Assembly: GCA_036229005.1 (NCBI GenBank)
Contig: JAZAMN010000024.1
Coordinates: 32,001-96,000, forward strand
DNA from: Myxococcota bacterium
GTDB taxonomy: Bacteria > Myxococcota_A > UBA796 > CAJQPC01
Reading direction: 5' to 3'
Length of the DNA stretch: 64,000 nucleotides
In this document: positions 58,476 through 64,000 of the stretch, piece by piece
Layout: every line of letters begins with the position of its first letter
Numbering within the stretch: position 1 is the first letter of the stretch
Notes under the pieces: model-generated
The model's database searches: none
Seen by the model: the letters and a program-made list of their open reading frames with translations, nothing else
Told to the model about the DNA's origin: nothing
Translations under genes and position numbers: made by a program

Positions 58476-60011
58476 ATGTCTCCGCTGCTTCTTTGCTGGC
58501 TCTCGTCGACGGCGCTCGCTCAGCAGGCGCCCGCCCCTGCGCCTGTGGTGGTCTGGGTCGAGCGTCAGCTCCCTGAGGAGAAGACGCTGCGCAAGGTCGC
58601 CCGGCTCGCTGGGGGGGAGCCCACCCACTACAGCGGGCGCAACCTGTCTTTCCCGCCCGCGCCCTGGAGCTCCGCGGACGAGCAGGCCTACACGGACCTC
58701 TCCCGGGCCGTGGAGTCTGGTCACGAGCGCTTCGAGGAGTTCGAGGTGGAGCTGTCCATCGCCCAGGAGGTGATGGCCGCTGTGGAGCAGGTCGGGGTCA
58801 TCCGGGACGAAACAGACCGGGCCGCCATCGTCGAGGCCATGCTGCTTGTCGGCGCCGCCGTCGACCTCGCCTTCGTGCCCCAGGACCTGGAGAACTCGGG
58901 TCAGGCCAAGGACCTGCGCCTGGAGCTGCCTGGCATCGTCGCGAACAAGGCGCTGCTCAGCGCCGCCGTGCTGGAGCCCGAGAAGACCTGGGTGCGCTCC
59001 GATCTGCGCACCGGGAGCGCCTACAAGGCCCTGCTCGGGCTGGTCGAGCTCATCCCGAAGCTGGCCACCGGGACCCTCAAGACCGGGGAGCTCCCGGCGG
59101 ACACCCAGGTCATCGTGGATGGCCACCCGACCCCTGTGAGCGGCGGGAGCCTCAAGCTCCACCCCGGTCACCACTGGGTGCACGTGCTTGTGGACGGCGT
59201 GATCACCGGCCGCGGAGAGGTCGACATCTACCCCGGAACGCCCACGGAGATGCCCCGCCTGGTGGACGACAGCGAGCTGACCCAGGCCGACCGCCGGGTG
59301 AGCGTTGGCGCCGCGGATGGGCTGCCCGCGGACGTGGTGCAGAGCATCGCGCTGCTCTCGGGCCAGCACCCGGGCGCGCCGGTGTTCCTGGCCAGCCTGG
59401 ACCCGGAGGGCAAGCTCTCGCTGGTGCCCTACTCGGACAACGCGGTGGTCACCAAGCCCCAGGCCGTGACCTTCACGCTGGGCGCCGAGGTCGGCGGCGG
59501 CGCGGTCGCCACGCCCGCCTTCCGCTTCACCGATCCGGACGAGCCGAACACCGACACCAGCTTGCTCTTCGCCCCCGCGGCGCAGGGCGCCTTCGACCTG
59601 GAGCTGGGCATCTACAACCTGGCCATCCTGGGCGGCGTCGAGGTGAACATCACCCCCACCCGCAACCTGCCCTACGGGGTGGAGGGCCAGCAGAGCGCCG
59701 ACCAGAACCTCAGCGTCCCTGTCTACGTCAAGGGCTACGGTGGCCTGGGTGTGTACCTGATCCGTCCCAACAAGGTCGAGCGCCCCACGCTGCTGGTGGC
59801 GGGCCAGTACGGTTACTTCTCGCCTGGCTGGATGGGCTACGGTGGGCGGGTGACCCTGGGCATCCCGATGCGTCCCGGTAGCTGGTTCAAGTTCAGCCTC
59901 GTCGGCTTCTCCGGGGAGCCCATCCCTGCCTGGAAGGACGCGCCCTATTTCCCGGAGAACACACCGCTGATCAGCGGCGGACTCCGGCTGGGCTTCCAGT
60001 CCACCTTCTGA
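58476..60011 (+). CDS. Exported PEGA-like protein, probable C-terminal beta-barrel
   Basis: Signal peptide; VIVDG...LHPGHHWV; ends GFQSTF. Confidence 0.55.
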   Translation: MSPLLLCWLSSTALAQQAPAPAPVVVWVERQLPEEKTLRKVARLAGGEPTHYSGRNLSFPPAPWSSADEQAYTDLSRAVESGHERFEEFEVELSIAQEVMAAVEQVGVIRDETDRAAIVEAMLLVGAAVDLAFVPQDLENSGQAKDLRLELPGIVANKALLSAAVLEPEKTWVRSDLRTGSAYKALLGLVELIPKLATGTLKTGELPADTQVIVDGHPTPVSGGSLKLHPGHHWVHVLVDGVITGRGEVDIYPGTPTEMPRLVDDSELTQADRRVSVGAADGLPADVVQSIALLSGQHPGAPVFLASLDPEGKLSLVPYSDNAVVTKPQAVTFTLGAEVGGGAVATPAFRFTDPDEPNTDTSLLFAPAAQGAFDLELGIYNLAILGGVEVNITPTRNLPYGVEGQQSADQNLSVPVYVKGYGGLGVYLIRPNKVERPTLLVAGQYGYFSPGWMGYGGRVTLGIPMRPGSWFKFSLVGFSGEPIPAWKDAPYFPENTPLISGGLRLGFQSTF

Positions 60012-60064
60012 TACGGGAGTGAACGCGGTCCCTCGGGGGTCTGCAAGCTCCATGGGGATCACAG

Positions 60065-60970
60065 ATGTCGCTACTTCTCTTCCTGGCCACCGCAGAAGCC
60101 CAGGCCCCCTCTCTCGCCTGGAAGTGGGATGGGACGCCGGTTCGCTACGTCAGCGAGATGACGATGAAGAACGGCAGCACCCAGTGGCTGATGGCGCGGA
60201 GGAACACCGAGGCCCGCGCGGGCGAGGTCAGCCTGAGCCTGGCCCTGGTCTGCGTCGGTGATGGCGACGGGCGGGTCGAGGTCGTCTGCGAGATCGAGGG
60301 CGCCAAGATGGACGGGGTCGGCGTCGCCAACGAAGGCGACAGCCTCCAGGTCATCTTCCGGGAGTGGGAGACCGAGCTGAAGACCGCCGATGTCGTGCTC
60401 TCCATGGATGGGGTGGGCCGCGTGCGCAGCCTGGATCTGGAGGGCCTCAGCCGGGGGACCGCGCGCGAGGGGGTGACCAACGAGCTGATGCGCATGTACG
60501 TCACGCGGGCCTTGGCGCCGCTGGACCTGCAGCTCCCCAAGAACGGAGAGGTGGACGGCTCCTGGAAGCAGAAGGGCTCACCGCTGGCCCTGCGCATGAT
60601 CGCCACCACCCGCGCCCCTGGGCTGGAGGGTGTGGCGATCACCTCGGCCGCCACCCAGGGGGGCATGCGCTTGGTCCACGAGGTCACCGGGGAGCAGGAC
60701 GGCTATCCCTTGATCCAGTCCGTCGGGGAAGCCGTCGCGATGATCAGCCCGACCGTCGCTGGGAGCGTCAGCCAGACCGTGGGGATGACGCTCAGCGGGC
60801 AGTGTCTGTTCGACGCGGAGCGCGGCCAGATCAAGGCCTGCAGTCAGGTCATCAACGCGGAGCCCACCGCCCAGAACATGAGCGGGATGTACAACGGGAA
60901 CAAGTACCTGTACCAGACCATCCAGTTCACCCGGGTGGACGACTTCTCGGGCTACGACTGGGTCCAGTAG
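60065..60970 (+). CDS. Hypothetical exported protein
   Basis: Short signal peptide; codon usage like neighbouring genes. Confidence 0.55.
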   Translation: MSLLLFLATAEAQAPSLAWKWDGTPVRYVSEMTMKNGSTQWLMARRNTEARAGEVSLSLALVCVGDGDGRVEVVCEIEGAKMDGVGVANEGDSLQVIFREWETELKTADVVLSMDGVGRVRSLDLEGLSRGTAREGVTNELMRMYVTRALAPLDLQLPKNGEVDGSWKQKGSPLALRMIATTRAPGLEGVAITSAATQGGMRLVHEVTGEQDGYPLIQSVGEAVAMISPTVAGSVSQTVGMTLSGQCLFDAERGQIKACSQVINAEPTAQNMSGMYNGNKYLYQTIQFTRVDDFSGYDWVQ

Positions 60971-61021
60971 GCGCAGAGCCCTGGCTGCGTTAACTGACAG
61001 CCACTTTCAATAGGAATCGCC

Positions 61022-61558
61022 ATGCGCAAGCTGATCTCCCTGCCCGCCCTGTTGCTCCTCGCCGCCTGCTCCTCCGCTGAACCCCCCACCGAGCCGGCCA
61101 GCGAGCCCTCCGGCGAGCCCGCCGCCGCACCCGCGCAGGAGGAGCCCGCCCCTGGTGTCGAGGGAGACGCTGTCGCCGCCCCGCGCGCCGCGAGCGTGAA
61201 CCTGAACACCGCCACCGACGCGGAGTTCAAGGCCGCCGTCCCCGGTCTGGGCGACAAGATGGTCCACGAGTTCGAGGAGTACCGGCCCTACGTCTCCATC
61301 GTCCAGTTCCGCAAGGAGATGGGCAAGTACGTGGACGCCGACACCATCGCCACCTACGAGCGCTACGTGTTCGTGCCCGTCGCCTTCAACGACTGCGACG
61401 CCGACACCCTGGCCCAGCTCCCCGGCGTGGACATCGACACCGCCAACGGCCTGATCGCCAAGCGCCCCTTCGCCGACCAGGCTGCGTTCCTGAGCGCGCT
61501 TGGCGAGAGCGTCGAGCCCGCCCAGGTCGAGGCCGCCAAGGCCATGCTCGCGCAGTAG
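61022..61558 (+). CDS. Lipoprotein with tandem helix-hairpin-helix (ComEA-like) motifs
   Basis: LAAC lipobox; VNLNTAT..E..VPGLG; LAQLPGV...LIAKRPF. Confidence 0.7.
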   Translation: MRKLISLPALLLLAACSSAEPPTEPASEPSGEPAAAPAQEEPAPGVEGDAVAAPRAASVNLNTATDAEFKAAVPGLGDKMVHEFEEYRPYVSIVQFRKEMGKYVDADTIATYERYVFVPVAFNDCDADTLAQLPGVDIDTANGLIAKRPFADQAAFLSALGESVEPAQVEAAKAMLAQ

Positions 61559-61567
61559 GGGCTGAAC

Positions 61568-62020
61568 GTGGACACCGAGCGCGGGCTCCGCCTTGCTCTG
61601 ACTGCGAGCCTCCCCGCCCTGGGGCTGGCCGCGATCGTGGAGCTCGCGCTGGCCGGTCACACCCAGGACCCCGTCCAGTGGCTCCCCTTTGTCCTCGCTG
61701 GCGCCGGGGTGCTCACTGGGGCGTGGTTGCTTGCCGCCCCCAGCCGAATCGGTGTGCACATCACCCGGGGCACCATGGTCCTCCTCGCCCTCGGAGGCCT
61801 CTTCGGCATCTGGGAGCACCTGGAGCACAACCTGAACTTCCAGCGCGAGATCCGCCCCAACGCCGAGCTGGCGGAGCTTCTCTCGGAGGCGATCCAGGGG
61901 GGAAGCCCACTGTTGGCCCCTGGAATGTTCCTTGCGCTCACCGCTCTGGGTTGGATGGCCACCTGGCGCCACCCGGCACTCTCGCCCACCAGCGAGGACA
62001 CCTCGGCGCCCGGCGACTGA
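61568..62020 (+). CDS. Small 4-TM membrane protein
   Basis: Hydrophobic helices; H..N and PLLAPG motifs. Confidence 0.55.
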   Translation: MDTERGLRLALTASLPALGLAAIVELALAGHTQDPVQWLPFVLAGAGVLTGAWLLAAPSRIGVHITRGTMVLLALGGLFGIWEHLEHNLNFQREIRPNAELAELLSEAIQGGSPLLAPGMFLALTALGWMATWRHPALSPTSEDTSAPGD

Positions 62021-62037
62021 TGGCTGGAGACTGAGCG

Positions 62038-64000
62038 TCACACCAGGTCGCTGACCTCCTCCCAGAAGTCGCCGAAGTGCACGCGGTTGACCTGCTTGCC
62101 CATCTTGATGGTCTCCATGCCCACCGCCCGCACGACGTGGCGCTGGTGCACGGCCACGCCCTCGGTGGCGGCCAGAATGCAGGCCTGGATGCCCGCGTTG
62201 ATGATGGGGCCGCCGCTCAGGATGAACTGGTCGGCGATGTACTTGAGGGCCAGGTCGTTGCCGCGGGGCGCGCCCTTGGGCAGAGCCCGCTCCCAGAGCT
62301 CGAGGCGCTGGTCCGCGTTGGGCATGGGGAACTCGACCACCGCGCCGAAGCGGCGCAGGAAGGCCTCGTCGATGTTCTCCTGCAGGTTGGTGGTCAGGAT
62401 GGCCGCGCCCTCGAAGACCTCCAGGCGCTGCAGCAGGAAGCTGACCTCCTGGTTGGCGAAGCGGTCCTGGGCCTGCTTCACGTCGCCGCGTGAGCCGAAC
62501 AGGGAGTCGGCCTCGTCAAAGAGGATGACGGCTGTTCCGCCCTCCGCCGCGTCGAAGATCTCCTTGAGGTTCTTCTCGGTCTCGCCCACCCAGCGGGAGA
62601 TGACCTGGGAGAGGTCGACCTTGAAGAGGTCCAGGCCCAACCGACCGGCGATCACCTCGGCCGCCATGGTCTTTCCGGTGCCTGGGCCGCCGGAGAACAG
62701 GGCCTTGATGCCGTAGCCGCGGGCGCGGATGTCCCGGGCGCCCCAGCGGTGGAACACCGTCTCCTGGTGCTCCAGGTAGTCGACCAGGCCCTGGAGCTGG
62801 TCCTTGATCTTCTTGTTGAGGATCAGATCGCCCCAGTCGTAGCGGGGGACCACGTGCTGGGCCATCCCGCGGAACTCGGGGCGGCTGCCCTCCCGCGCGG
62901 CGGCCCAGAGGACCTCCTGCTTGGGCTGCTTGCCGCCGGACTCGGCCTCGGCGCGGTCCAGCACGCGCTGGATGGTCGTCCCGCCCACGCTGTAGAAGCG
63001 CTCGGCGATGTCCGGGGCCACAGTGCTGTCCCAGCCCTTGGACTCCAGGGCGTCGGTCCAGGCGTCCACGCGCTCGGTGTAGGTGGACTTGCCGCACATG
63101 ATGGTGACGGACGCCCGCTGGCTCCCGAGCAGGGTGTTCACGCTGCGGCGGTCGGCGGCGCCCACCAGCACCGGGCACTCCAGCGTGCTGATCGCGGAGC
63201 CCAGGGTGATGAGCTTGAGGCGCTGGGCGGGGTCGTCCTGGGCCTCGACCACGTTGACCATCAGGGGGATGGCGCGGGACAGGCGCAGCTCGCGCACCAG
63301 GTCCCAGGGCTGCTCCAGGTACTCGACGCAGCGCTCCAGGTCGACCTTGACCAGGGGGCGCTTGCAGCGGCGGGCGATGGCCATGGCGGCGCCCTCGCGG
63401 GAGCCGGCGGAGGCGCCAACGACCACGTAGGTGTGGGGCCGGTCCAGTCCCTCACCGAGCTCATCCAGGCGGTCGTTGACGCTGGAGGGGACGAAGGGCT
63501 CGAAGTGCGTGGGCAGGGGCGTGAACCCCGGCGAGCTGGGCAGCTCCTCCTCCTCCAGCAGCCAGCGCAACAGGCGGCTTGATGGGTGGACGCGCCGCGC
63601 GGTGTGGGTCTCGGCGCCCTCCTCTGGGTAGAGCAGGAGCAGGCGGTTGCGCACCAGGGGCGCGCTGGACATCAGCCGGGACTGGAGGGCCAGGCGCTGC
63701 AGGCGCTCGGTGCGCAGCACACGAGTGGCCAGGTCAACCGTGAGAAAACCCAGGTTCAAGTTGTCGTTCAGGTAGGCGAAGATCTTGGAGTAACCGGCGC
63801 TGATCTCGGGGGCCAGGGCCAAGAGGATCAGGTCGGTGTCGTCGCCGCCCAGCCCAAAGGCCTCGCGCAGGCGCTCCAGTCGGCCGCCGGGGGCATCGCG
63901 GAGCTGCTCGCTGGCGGCGATGGCCGCGTCCAGGCCGTCGGAGAGGGTGGGGTAGTCGATCTCGCCATGGGCGCGCAGCAGCGCATCGACCTCGTCGTCG
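62038..64000 (-). CDS. AAA+ ATPase, Afp15/Pvc15-like (starts beyond the right edge)
   Basis: RLREAFGL..DLILLALAPE N-domain, LFSGGPGTGKT, VGETEKNL, FDEADSLFG and DRFANQEVSFLLQRLE motifs; frame open to the window end. Confidence 0.8.
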   Translation of the reverse strand, partial: DDEVDALLRAHGEIDYPTLSDGLDAAIAASEQLRDAPGGRLERLREAFGLGGDDTDLILLALAPEISAGYSKIFAYLNDNLNLGFLTVDLATRVLRTERLQRLALQSRLMSSAPLVRNRLLLLYPEEGAETHTARRVHPSSRLLRWLLEEEELPSSPGFTPLPTHFEPFVPSSVNDRLDELGEGLDRPHTYVVVGASAGSREGAAMAIARRCKRPLVKVDLERCVEYLEQPWDLVRELRLSRAIPLMVNVVEAQDDPAQRLKLITLGSAISTLECPVLVGAADRRSVNTLLGSQRASVTIMCGKSTYTERVDAWTDALESKGWDSTVAPDIAERFYSVGGTTIQRVLDRAEAESGGKQPKQEVLWAAAREGSRPEFRGMAQHVVPRYDWGDLILNKKIKDQLQGLVDYLEHQETVFHRWGARDIRARGYGIKALFSGGPGTGKTMAAEVIAGRLGLDLFKVDLSQVISRWVGETEKNLKEIFDAAEGGTAVILFDEADSLFGSRGDVKQAQDRFANQEVSFLLQRLEVFEGAAILTTNLQENIDEAFLRRFGAVVEFPMPNADQRLELWERALPKGAPRGNDLALKYIADQFILSGGPIINAGIQACILAATEGVAVHQRHVVRAVGMETIKMGKQVNRVHFGDFWEEVSDLV

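Overview
A GC-rich bacterial chromosomal segment, probably from a Myxococcota-like organism. That assignment is inferred from the pilH-pilI-pilD synteny, Ser/Thr kinases, FHA/vWA proteins, sigma54 use and many lipoproteins. About 50 CDS; no rRNA, tRNA or CRISPR seen. Main blocks, left to right: (1) a sigma54/AcoR-type activated aldB-DUF779-acs operon; (2) a RAYT/TnpA(REP)-type HUH nuclease between two directly repeated composite elements, each built from two opposed 31-bp tandem arrays, with its own sigma54-like promoter; (3) a glycosyltransferase/sulfotransferase block; (4) photolyase (apparent CTG start), pckA, thiolase and a kinase; (5) an ABC-HlyD-TolC exporter whose ATPase motifs are degenerate; (6) an AbiE-like type IV toxin-antitoxin pair with a 30-bp palindromic operator; (7) four radical-SAM genes plus a stand-alone SPASM gene running into pilH-pilI-DegT-pilD; (8) an FHA/vWA/Ser-Thr kinase module; (9) a truncated Afp15/Pvc15-like AAA ATPase. 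Window-wide patterns are TANNNT-N6-start (probably leaderless) genes, ultra-short lipoprotein signal peptides and D-T/S-G motifs. All family assignments come from recognising motifs by eye; no database searches were run.
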